Origin: Thermodesulfobacteriota bacterium
GTDB lineage: Bacteria > Desulfobacterota_D > UBA1144 > Nemesobacterales > UBA2774
DNA length: 64,000 bases
NCBI GenBank assembly: GCA_963422265.1
Contig: OY729416.1
Coordinates: 832,001-896,000, forward strand
Reading direction: 5' to 3'
Part shown: one piece after another, positions 56,084 through 64,000 of the stretch
Layout: each line of letters begins with the position of its first letter
Numbering within the stretch: the first letter of the stretch is position 1
Notes under the pieces: generated by a model
Told to the model about the DNA's origin: nothing
Seen by the model: only the letters and a program-made list of their open reading frames with translations
The model's database searches: none
Made by a program: the position numbers and the translations under genes

Positions 56084-57052
56084 CTAGACCAGCGAACTTC
56101 TTACAACGAGCGCGTGCACGTCTTCGGCACAGCCCCACGAAAGGGTGAAACCAGCCCCGCCGTGACCGTAGTTATGTATTAAGACACAACTACCGGAAAT
56201 TCTCTCAAGCTCAAGTCGGACTTCCACTCTTCCAGGACGAAGTCCAACCTTGTGATCTAATACCTCAGCATCATTTAGATTAGGTTCAAGGATTTTACAC
56301 TTTCTTAGAATTTCCTCAGCCGTGGTGGGATCTATTTCAAGACTCCAATTGTTTTCTTCAGCCGTTCCACCTAGAATACAATCGTTGGTGCGGGGAACGA
56401 CGTAAGAAACCGCAAGAGGTCCTAGCTCGTCATTTATGCACCGGCTCAAACCGGGGTTAGTCGTTCTTATGATTTGTCCCCTTATGGGGAATGAGTCTTT
56501 ATCGTTACAAATCTTTCTGCTTCCCAAACCTGAGCAATTAACTATTAAGTCCCCAAGACCGCATAATTCTTTAACTGAGTCAATTTCTTTCTCCAATTTT
56601 TCAATACTGCCGCCCATATTAAGGAAGGTTCGCACCAGATAACCCATATACAAAGGGGTTTCTATAATTGGAACTTCGGCCATGAAACCATCTACGTAAT
56701 CTTTGGGCAACTCCTCTGAATTTAAGCGCCTAAAGGAGCGCACCACAGATTTCCAGAAAGGATCACTCATGGGATGGGAAAAGATCTTTACAAGTTCGAA
56801 CATAGATACGCCGGTTTCAGGATTCTCTTTGAGCTCAAGAAACCTTTGATAGGAAAGCGAAGCCCATCTAAGCACCTTATCACGAGGGGAGACCTTATAT
56901 GGATACCAATAAGCCGCAGCCACGTCTGAGGTAGTTTTAGGGGGTAGAGACACAGCTACTATCTTAACTGCAAAATCACTCTCCAGTAGCTTGATCCCAG
57001 TGGTAAGACCTGAAACCCCGCATCCTAGAATAATGACTTTTCGCTTTTTCAT
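56084..57052 (-). CDS. D-amino acid oxidase-family FAD oxidoreductase
   Basis: GCGVSG, TTSDVAA, VNCSGLG, RGQ, GLRP and HNYGHGGAGFTLSWG. Confidence 0.9.
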   Translation of the reverse strand: MKKRKVIILGCGVSGLTTGIKLLESDFAVKIVAVSLPPKTTSDVAAAYWYPYKVSPRDKVLRWASLSYQRFLELKENPETGVSMFELVKIFSHPMSDPFWKSVVRSFRRLNSEELPKDYVDGFMAEVPIIETPLYMGYLVRTFLNMGGSIEKLEKEIDSVKELCGLGDLIVNCSGLGSRKICNDKDSFPIRGQIIRTTNPGLSRCINDELGPLAVSYVVPRTNDCILGGTAEENNWSLEIDPTTAEEILRKCKILEPNLNDAEVLDHKVGLRPGRVEVRLELERISGSCVLIHNYGHGGAGFTLSWGCAEDVHALVVRSSLV

Positions 57053-57112
57053 TTTTCGCCTACTTATCAAAAGCTACCTAAATTGCTCACTTGTAGATTA
57101 TAATACCTTATT

Positions 57113-58123
57113 ATGGTCAAATTTATTGATGAGGCTAATATATACCTAAAGGCTGGGGATGGAGGAAGGGGGTGCATCAGCTTTAGGAGAGAAAAATACG
57201 TCCCACGCGGGGGACCAAACGGGGGCGATGGGGGCAATGGCGCAAACGTAGTTATAGTAGCAAGGCGAAATATGTCTTCTCTACTCGACCAGCGTTATCA
57301 GCGACATTACAAAGGCAAAAGAGGAGCACACGGCAGAGGGAAAAATCAGCACGGAAAGAACGCCGAAGAGCTATATATCCCCGTGCCGGTGGGCACACTT
57401 ATAAAAGACCTTGAAACTGGAGAAACTCTCGGAGACCTAACAAAAGACGGCGAAACCTTGATTGTAGCTAAGGGTGGAAAAGGTGGGAAAGGAAATGCTC
57501 GGTTCGTAAGCTCTACTAACCAAGCTCCAAAAAACGCCGAGCCGGGTGGAGAGGGAGAAGAGAAAACGCTCCTGTTAGAACTGAAGCTACTCGCAGACGT
57601 AGGGATAGTAGGTTTTCCAAATGCCGGCAAATCTATGCTAATCTCAAGAATTTCGGCGGCGAGGCCTAAAGTCGCTGATTACGCCTTTACTACCCTTGTT
57701 CCAAATTTAGGGGTTGTAAGCTACCATGATGGGAAGACGTTCGTAGTGGCAGACATTCCGGGATTAATCGAAGGTGCACACGCAGGCACAGGACTTGGCA
57801 CACAGTTTCTAAGACATATTGAGCGCACAAAAATCCTGATTCATTTGCTGGACCTATCACCGACTACAAATAGAGACCCCGTTCGAGACTTCCAAGTCAT
57901 TAACAAAGAGCTTAAAGACTACAGCGAGCGATTATCAAGAAAGTTCCAGATTATCGCGGCGAATAAAATAGACATAATAGATGCGAGGGAAAGACTTGAA
58001 GAAACCTACGCTCACTTTAAGGATAAGGGAATAAAGATTTTTCCCATCTCATCAATAACAGGTGAAGGAGTAAAAGAACTCATAGATGAATTAGTTAAAA
58101 ATCTTGATAAAAAACTACAGTAG
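57113..58123 (+). CDS. obgE: GTPase ObgE/CgtA
   Basis: Gly-rich Obg fold, GFPNAGKS, FTTLVP, DIPG and NKID. Confidence 0.96.
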   Translation: MVKFIDEANIYLKAGDGGRGCISFRREKYVPRGGPNGGDGGNGANVVIVARRNMSSLLDQRYQRHYKGKRGAHGRGKNQHGKNAEELYIPVPVGTLIKDLETGETLGDLTKDGETLIVAKGGKGGKGNARFVSSTNQAPKNAEPGGEGEEKTLLLELKLLADVGIVGFPNAGKSMLISRISAARPKVADYAFTTLVPNLGVVSYHDGKTFVVADIPGLIEGAHAGTGLGTQFLRHIERTKILIHLLDLSPTTNRDPVRDFQVINKELKDYSERLSRKFQIIAANKIDIIDARERLEETYAHFKDKGIKIFPISSITGEGVKELIDELVKNLDKKLQ

Positions 58124-58287
58124 CGTAGTTGGGAAAATTGTTATATTAAATGCAATCGGTCAAACTCCGTTGCAAACCGAAATACCCAGAGATAACAGAT
58201 CGCAGCAGTAGAAAATCCTGAATAAGCGGTTACAATGTTACAATATGTTTTCTCAAAATAAACGTTTTGACAAGGAGGTAGGTAATA

Positions 58288-58635
58288 TTGCTATACGATA
58301 GAAAGATAGACTTCAGCAAGTCAAAAAAAGATGAATGGGAGTTATTAGTATCCAAGATAGGAGATGGCATCGAACTGCCTTTGCCAGATTCTGAGCGCTG
58401 GTTTCGCGCCAGCATAGACGGAGAGACGATAAGAATTGAGAGTGCTAAGCACAATGCCCGACCCATAATGATATACGACCCCATAATTATTAAGTTTGAT
58501 GAGTTCCACACGGTCGCTACTCATTACAACAGTTTTCTTGAACTTCAGGTTAAAACAATGAGCGATACCCACGAGGTCAGGGAGAACTCGCCTAATCTGA
58601 AATACATATTTATGATTATCTATCACCTGCTATAG
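58288..58635 (+). CDS. Hypothetical protein
   Basis: AAGGAGG upstream of a TTG start and a 115-aa ORF. Confidence 0.6.
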   Translation: MLYDRKIDFSKSKKDEWELLVSKIGDGIELPLPDSERWFRASIDGETIRIESAKHNARPIMIYDPIIIKFDEFHTVATHYNSFLELQVKTMSDTHEVRENSPNLKYIFMIIYHLL

Positions 58636-58772
58636 ACAAACCCACAGGGCAAGCGTTTATATCCCCCGAAGGTAATTGTTAATTATTATTGAGAGTGAGA
58701 AATGGGGGGGGGGGAGGAGGAAGGCAAAGAATAATAAACCTATATTAGGAGATAGCCAGTTTTTAAGCAGCT

Positions 58773-58833
58773 AAAAAAAAGGGGGGAAGGGGAGGTGGCG
58801 AGGTTTATCCTTCTCATGCCACTTCCCTATCCC
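58773..58833 (-). terminator. Intrinsic terminator downstream of the AmiS/UreI gene
   Basis: Minus strand GGGATAGGGAAGTGGC...GCCACCTCCCCTTCCCCCC followed by T8. Confidence 0.6.
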
Positions 58834-58860
58834 ACCAATACTCTTATCCACACTTATACT

Positions 58861-59403
58861 CTACCCACCAGCACTAAGAGCCGTTATCGGACCCCACGTG
58901 CCCGTCAATAACAACATACCAGGCAACATTAACGTCAACACCGACTCTATCAAAAATAACCACGCTACCGTCGGTCCCAATGCCTTCCCCAAAGAAAATA
59001 CCAAAAATACCAAAAATACTAACAATGCCCATGACCAACAAAATAAAGCATAATACATCATACCAGGAATCGCTCCCTCCAATCCATAAAAATGAAATCC
59101 ATACCAAACAAACACTACCGTAGCAAATAAACAATACCAACCCAAACCCTTCGCATCATGACCATGTATGAATATCCCCGCCACCATCAAATATATCAAC
59201 GCAAATACCGATACCAATGCCGTCGCCGCCGTTAAGTCCAACTCATGCAACTTCCACGCCGCTATCAATATCAATATCGCTACGCCTAAGTTTAATACCC
59301 CTACCTCCTTCGCACCCGTCTTCCCCAATACCGTCATACCATTACAAAAAAATACAAATCCTACCAACAACAATACATAACCCAACAACATATCTATTCC
59401 CAT
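58861..59403 (-). CDS. AmiS/UreI-family urea/amide channel
   Basis: LLLVGFVFFCNG, KEVGVLN, F..IYL, KGLGWYCLF and WSWALL; about six TM segments. Confidence 0.87.
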   Translation of the reverse strand: MGIDMLLGYVLLLVGFVFFCNGMTVLGKTGAKEVGVLNLGVAILILIAAWKLHELDLTAATALVSVFALIYLMVAGIFIHGHDAKGLGWYCLFATVVFVWYGFHFYGLEGAIPGMMYYALFCWSWALLVFLVFLVFSLGKALGPTVAWLFLIESVLTLMLPGMLLLTGTWGPITALSAGG

Positions 59404-59544
59404 CTTCCTCCTTACCTCCTTATAATATGAGTTTTCTTACCTCTTTCTTTTCTTCTTCTTTTCCCACTCTTCTCCCCTACCCCTCTACTCTTTTAACACA
59501 CTTCACTACCCCATGTCAAGATACTTTTTACCTCACCCTCCAAT

Positions 59545-60000
59545 TTACCCCTCACCACGACGCCTTACCAGTATCACCCACTTCCCAACCTGTACCACCT
59601 CTCCACCCTGATTATATACCTTTACCTCAAATATCAAAAATCCCATCCCTCCTCGCTTATGCTCACGCTTCTCCAATAACTCACGCCTCACATGAACTGT
59701 GTCCCCTAACTTCACCGCCCCTGAAAACCGCCAATCCTCCAATCCCATAAACGCCACTGTCCCCAAACGCGGCATCGTAAACCATAAACCCGATGCTATA
59801 GATAATACACACAAACCATGCGCTACACGCCCCTTAAACACCGTACCACGCGCAAACTCCTCATCCACATGCATATCGTTAAAATCCCCAGATAAACCAG
59901 CAAAACCCACTACGTCTGCCTCGGTCACCGTCCGACCACTGCTCTCATGTACCTCCCCCACCTCTATATCCTCATATAACAACCGCACTGCTTCACCCAT
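59545..60000 (-). CDS. MaoC-family (R)-specific enoyl-CoA hydratase/dehydratase
   Basis: RTVTEAD..FAGLSGDFNDMHVD (D-x4-H) and RVAHG. Confidence 0.9.
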   Translation of the reverse strand: MGEAVRLLYEDIEVGEVHESSGRTVTEADVVGFAGLSGDFNDMHVDEEFARGTVFKGRVAHGLCVLSIASGLWFTMPRLGTVAFMGLEDWRFSGAVKLGDTVHVRRELLEKREHKRGGMGFLIFEVKVYNQGGEVVQVGKWVILVRRRGEG

Positions 60001-60439
60001 CCCTATTTACCCCCTCCTTCTTTACAGGCTTGAACTTCGGTAACGTTACCTCATCCGTTACGTCATCAAACACTACCTCCACCTCCATACCTATATAAAC
60101 ATCTCCAGCCTCTACTCCCACCACGTTCGTCATTATCTTTACACCTTCCCCCAGCTCCACTAACGCAACCACATACGGCGGCTCGCCCTTATACGCCTTC
60201 GTCGGACCCATGTGGTGCACCGCATACGTCCACACCTTACCTAACCCCCGAGAACGCACCCACTCTATCTCTTTACTCATCTCTTCCCCAGGACTATACG
60301 CACGCGGATAAAAAAAATACTCCCCACTTACCTTACTCCTTGGTATCAATAACTCATGCCCCTTACATCCCTCCCAATACCGCCGCGTCTCCGGACGAAA
60401 ATCCGGCAACGGCTTCCCATATCCTCTCGCCTCACTCAT
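59993..60439 (-). CDS. DUF35 (OB-fold / degenerate Zn-ribbon) acyl-CoA-binding protein
   Basis: YWEGC..HELLI, FYPR, G.GKVWTY, PYVVALVEL.EG and IGMEVEVVF. The Zn-ribbon CxxC pairs are replaced (SKVS, SP). Confidence 0.88.
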   Translation of the reverse strand: MSEARGYGKPLPDFRPETRRYWEGCKGHELLIPRSKVSGEYFFYPRAYSPGEEMSKEIEWVRSRGLGKVWTYAVHHMGPTKAYKGEPPYVVALVELGEGVKIMTNVVGVEAGDVYIGMEVEVVFDDVTDEVTLPKFKPVKKEGVNRDG

Positions 60440-60458
60440 CGCTTGTCTCTCCCTCCTC

Positions 60459-61661
60459 TTATGTTAATGCCTGATTCCCTAATACTACCGTGCTGTGCGC
60501 AGACACTATACCACCATTCCCATGAACTAACGCTACCTCGGAACCCTCTACCTGCCTATCCCCACAATCACCTCGCAACTGCAACACCGCCTCCACTACA
60601 TGGTGCATCGCTCCCAAATGTGCCTGTGATAACAAACCCCCATGCGTGTTCACAGGTAAATCCTTACCTATCTCCATCCGCCCCTCCAAAGAAAACGCAC
60701 CCCCCTCCCACTTAGGCACAAAACCCAACCCCTCTAACTCTAACAATACCGTTATCGTAAAACAATCATACAAATACGCTATATCCACGTCACCCACACC
60801 TATACCTGCCGTCTCAAACGCCCTACCCCCAGACCTTCCTATCGCCTCATATATCTGATCCAAACCATCAAGACTCGTCAAATACTGATGTGAATACCCC
60901 TGCCCCATACCCCATAAATACGCTAGCTTATTCTCTATCCCCAGCTCCCGCGCCTTATCCTCCGTCGTTACTATAAACGCCGCTCCACCATCTGATATTA
61001 TAGAACAATCATACTTCGTCAACGGCTCCGCTATCACCCTAGAACTCAACACTTCCTCTATGCTCAACGGCTCCTTATTCATCGCATTCTCTTTCAACCC
61101 CGCATGCTTACGCATCGTTACTGCTACAGAAGCTAAATGCTCCCGACTACATCCACTCTCATACAAATACCGCTGTGCCGCTAACGCATATCCACCAGGC
61201 GTCGTTAATCCATAAGGATACTCAAACTCACCATGACACATCTCGCGTATCAAAGCCACCATACCTGAAGACGATATACCAGATAACGTGTTATCTCCGC
61301 GCACACATAATACTACCTCCGCCTGACCCGTTGCTATCGCCATCGCCGCCTCCGCTACCATCCACACCGCCGTCGCACCCCCTACTGCTACCGATGAAAA
61401 AAAACGAGGCCGCATACCAAAATAATCTGCAAACGTCGTGCAGTGCATAAACGTATGCTCCACCAATGAAAACGCCGTTACTAATCCATCCACTTCCCCC
61501 TTCTTTATCCCTGCATCCTCTATAGCCAACTTCGACGCCTGTGATAAAAAATCAAATGAACTACGACCCGATATACGCCCCTGCTCCGTCTCACCAACTC
61601 CTGCTATTACTACACCCTTCCCCTTTAATACCTCCCGCGCTTCCTTCATATCGCTACCCAT
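60459..61661 (-). CDS. SCP-x/Ltp-type thiolase-fold protein lacking the N-terminal nucleophilic Cys
   Basis: IAGVGET, GGATA in place of ACAS, DCS..SDGGAA, YDCFT and NTHGGLLS. The likely start is 61661, after GGAGG. Confidence 0.87.
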   Translation of the reverse strand: MGSDMKEAREVLKGKGVVIAGVGETEQGRISGRSSFDFLSQASKLAIEDAGIKKGEVDGLVTAFSLVEHTFMHCTTFADYFGMRPRFFSSVAVGGATAVWMVAEAAMAIATGQAEVVLCVRGDNTLSGISSSGMVALIREMCHGEFEYPYGLTTPGGYALAAQRYLYESGCSREHLASVAVTMRKHAGLKENAMNKEPLSIEEVLSSRVIAEPLTKYDCSIISDGGAAFIVTTEDKARELGIENKLAYLWGMGQGYSHQYLTSLDGLDQIYEAIGRSGGRAFETAGIGVGDVDIAYLYDCFTITVLLELEGLGFVPKWEGGAFSLEGRMEIGKDLPVNTHGGLLSQAHLGAMHHVVEAVLQLRGDCGDRQVEGSEVALVHGNGGIVSAHSTVVLGNQALT

Positions 61662-61867
61662 ATCTCTATACCCCCCTCCTTCCTTATTCATAATTTTTGA
61701 AAACTAAGATCTGTTTCTAAAAGAAAAATCTATCTCATTCTATTCCGATTGTCAATAATGACATAGAATGACGATATGTCTATATAGTGTGGTGTGATAT
61801 GAACTCACTACACCTTATACCTATTCTTCTCCATAATACCCATTCTTCTCCATAACCCCTACTACAT

Positions 61868-61898
61868 AAAAAAAGCAGGAGCCCCTTATATCACAAAG
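61868..61898 (-). terminator. Intrinsic terminator after the ADC-like gene pair
   Basis: Minus strand GCAGGGGTCTCTT-loop-AAGGGGCTCCTGC-T7, a 13-bp stem with 3 G.U pairs. Confidence 0.72.
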
Positions 61899-61951
61899 AG
61901 ACCCCTGCCACTTTACTTATATTAATCGCCTGCTCTCCTAAATACTACAAC

Positions 61952-62923
61952 CTACCCCTGTGAATACTGTGGCAACAAGAACCTATGGCGCATCGTATAC
62001 TTAAACGGCGTAGAATACAATATCTGACCCAAATCATCATCACCACGCTCTACCGTCTTACTCCATATCGTTAACGCAGGTGGTATTATCAAATTAAACG
62101 TGAAACTTATCAATCCCACTACCTCAGTCGCAGGTATCTGACCACCCATAAAATCAAATGGAGTCCCTGACATATACCACGAACGTATATCTCCACCCGT
62201 AGCCGTCCGGATACTCTCAGGATTTAACTGAAAACGATGCCCTGTCCCAAAACCAGGTGGTAAGTCTGATGGCAAATACGTTACCTCATGGATACTGTTA
62301 CTTACATCAGGCCGCGTCGTTATCCTGTAATTCATTCGACCCCAATCCGTCTTACCATAAAACGTCGGCCGCGTCGATAACGGCTTGTCAGAATACCGCC
62401 CATTAGCCGTGTGTAGTATATATCCCCTACGCTCCATCAAATGATTAAAATAATTGTTGTTCGTCCCATGCTCAAAACCCGCTATATATGCAGCCTTCTT
62501 TGGAAATCCAAACGGCTCCTTACCCGCAAATATAGGAGAATCATTAGACAAATACATATATGGATAATATCCAGCCTTGTATATCTGCCCATCTCCTGAA
62601 TCTACCGTAGCTGAAAACGTTACTCCCATCTCCATATACGGACCCAACATCGTGTTACGATGTATCACATACCAAAACTCTATTACATCATCCTGCACCT
62701 CTATCGGCTCAGGAACTACCGCCTTCATACTGCTTATGTCCGCTCGTACTACATAAGCCATCCAACGACTCTCTGTATACGTCAACGGTATTATGTCATA
62801 GTCAAATACAGGATCCGCCACACCTTGAGATATGATGTGAATCCTATCCCTATCTCGAGGCAAAGGTGGTACCTCCCCCTCTGCCAACCATGGATAGCTA
62901 TATTCATTCGCTTGTAATCCCAT
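61952..62923 (-). CDS. Acetoacetate decarboxylase-like superfamily protein (paralog B)
   Basis: VPEP.E, LGPYME and PIFAGKEPFGFPKK (Schiff-base Lys motif). Confidence 0.8.
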   Translation of the reverse strand: MGLQANEYSYPWLAEGEVPPLPRDRDRIHIISQGVADPVFDYDIIPLTYTESRWMAYVVRADISSMKAVVPEPIEVQDDVIEFWYVIHRNTMLGPYMEMGVTFSATVDSGDGQIYKAGYYPYMYLSNDSPIFAGKEPFGFPKKAAYIAGFEHGTNNNYFNHLMERRGYILHTANGRYSDKPLSTRPTFYGKTDWGRMNYRITTRPDVSNSIHEVTYLPSDLPPGFGTGHRFQLNPESIRTATGGDIRSWYMSGTPFDFMGGQIPATEVVGLISFTFNLIIPPALTIWSKTVERGDDDLGQILYSTPFKYTMRHRFLLPQYSQG

Positions 62924-62977
62924 TGCTTTTAACCTCCTAATTTCGTTTTTGTTTCTCTCCTCTAAAACTACTCACCC

Positions 62978-63949
62978 CTATGACCCCTGACTGATTGGAA
63001 ACTGCTGACGTAATCCATACTTATATGGCGTCGCATATCCACGATAACTCGCAGGACGCTCATATGTCTCCGTCCATAATACATTCGCAGGAGGTATGAT
63101 TAAATCAAATACAAACGATATCAAACCCGTTACCTCCTGTACCTTTAGCTCTGCTCCCATATTGTCAAATGGCGTCGCCTGCATAAACCAGTTTATCGCA
63201 TCTCCAGACGCCGTCCGCGTGTGCTCAGGCTTGATCTGAAAACGATGCCCCTTTACGTTAAATATCGCAGGTAACTCCGATGGCAAATACGTTAACTGCC
63301 ACTCTGAACTAGATACGTCCGGACGCGTTATTACCTTCATGTTAAACTTGCCCCAGTCCACCTTACCATAAAAATGTGGCGGCGTTACTTGCTTGTCGTC
63401 AAACTGACCCGTCGCACTGTGCATCAAATACCCATTCCGAGACATAGCAAATCCAAAGAAATCCGTCCCCTTCTCTCCACCGTGTACCGTGCAACGTATA
63501 TATGACATCTTCTTCGGAAATCCTAATACTCGCCCCGCATCTACAGGCGCATCGCCCGTCAAATACATATACGGATAATATCCAGCCTTGTACACATTAC
63601 CACGTGGATCCTTATACGTCGCCGATATCGTTACTCCAAACTCCAAATATGGACCCAACATCGTGTTCTTATGATCCACATACCAAAACTCTACTAAATC
63701 AGCATTCTCCCCATCCCATACCTCTAATGGCGGATTCGGACATAAACGCTGACGCGTACCCTCATCCACCCTTACTACAAACGCCGACCAACGACTATCT
63801 GTATATGTCAGAGGAAGAACGTCTATATCCCACAACGGATCCGATGGATTCGCTATGATCCATGACTTTATGTCACGCTCTATTGGAGGAGGTGGAACCT
63901 CCTTCGTGAGTTCCCAATACTTCGTAGGAACGTTAAGATGACTTGGCAT
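62978..63949 (-). CDS. Acetoacetate decarboxylase-like superfamily protein (paralog A)
   Basis: PPLE, LGPYLE and PVDAGRVLGFPKK; AAGGAG RBS; colinear with the neighbouring paralog. Confidence 0.8.
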   Translation of the reverse strand: MPSHLNVPTKYWELTKEVPPPPIERDIKSWIIANPSDPLWDIDVLPLTYTDSRWSAFVVRVDEGTRQRLCPNPPLEVWDGENADLVEFWYVDHKNTMLGPYLEFGVTISATYKDPRGNVYKAGYYPYMYLTGDAPVDAGRVLGFPKKMSYIRCTVHGGEKGTDFFGFAMSRNGYLMHSATGQFDDKQVTPPHFYGKVDWGKFNMKVITRPDVSSSEWQLTYLPSELPAIFNVKGHRFQIKPEHTRTASGDAINWFMQATPFDNMGAELKVQEVTGLISFVFDLIIPPANVLWTETYERPASYRGYATPYKYGLRQQFPISQGS

Positions 63950-64000
63950 AGTCTTAATACCTCCTTACTTAAATAGTTTTTTGACCAGATTACCAACCCT

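Noticed and set aside
57610-57645. ObgE P-loop reads GKSML instead of GKSTL
   Set aside because: It is a single change outside the essential GKS residues, and the gene is otherwise intact.
59993-61661. PhlABC-type acyltransferase or archaeal-type thiolase/HMG-CoA synthase complex
   Set aside because: No HMG-CoA-synthase-like gene is adjacent, and the nucleophilic Cys is absent.
59168-63858. Pro/Thr/His-rich + strand ORFs such as 59217..59750 and 63502..63858
   Set aside because: They are by-products of the C-rich skew opposite real genes.

Overview
A bacterial chromosomal window, tentatively Desulfobacterota/Dadabacteria-like and possibly host-associated (inference from gene style only). 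The core backbone holds the recG 5' end, an A2-type caa3 cytochrome c oxidase operon with SCO and heme o/a synthases, mreBCD-mrdA-rodA, trxB, ddl, atoB, lysA, a hemD-hemE fusion, hemH, obgE and four tRNAs (Pro-CGG, His-GTG, Arg-TCT, Pro-TGG). Three accessory zones stand out. (1) 21.0-23.5 kb: an eroded island with stubs resembling type III RM mod and res, flanking an AlbA_2(Schlafen)-HATPase gene and a ParA gene, each damaged by a visible lesion. (2) 23.95-39.34 kb: one ~15.4-kb (~5,100 aa) repeat-rich autotransporter adhesin gene 3' of tRNA-His. It is split by three small insertions, built from nested tandem duplications, and has a 37-nt poly-C tract just after its likely start codon. (3) 58.8-64 kb: a catabolic cluster of two acetoacetate-decarboxylase-like paralogs, a Cys-less thiolase-fold enzyme, DUF35, MaoC and an AmiS/UreI channel. 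The least explained signal is two tracts of extreme one-strand cytosine depletion (from ~23.76 kb and ~58.8 kb), each preceded by a similar non-coding motif arrangement. All family assignments come from motif recognition, not database searches.
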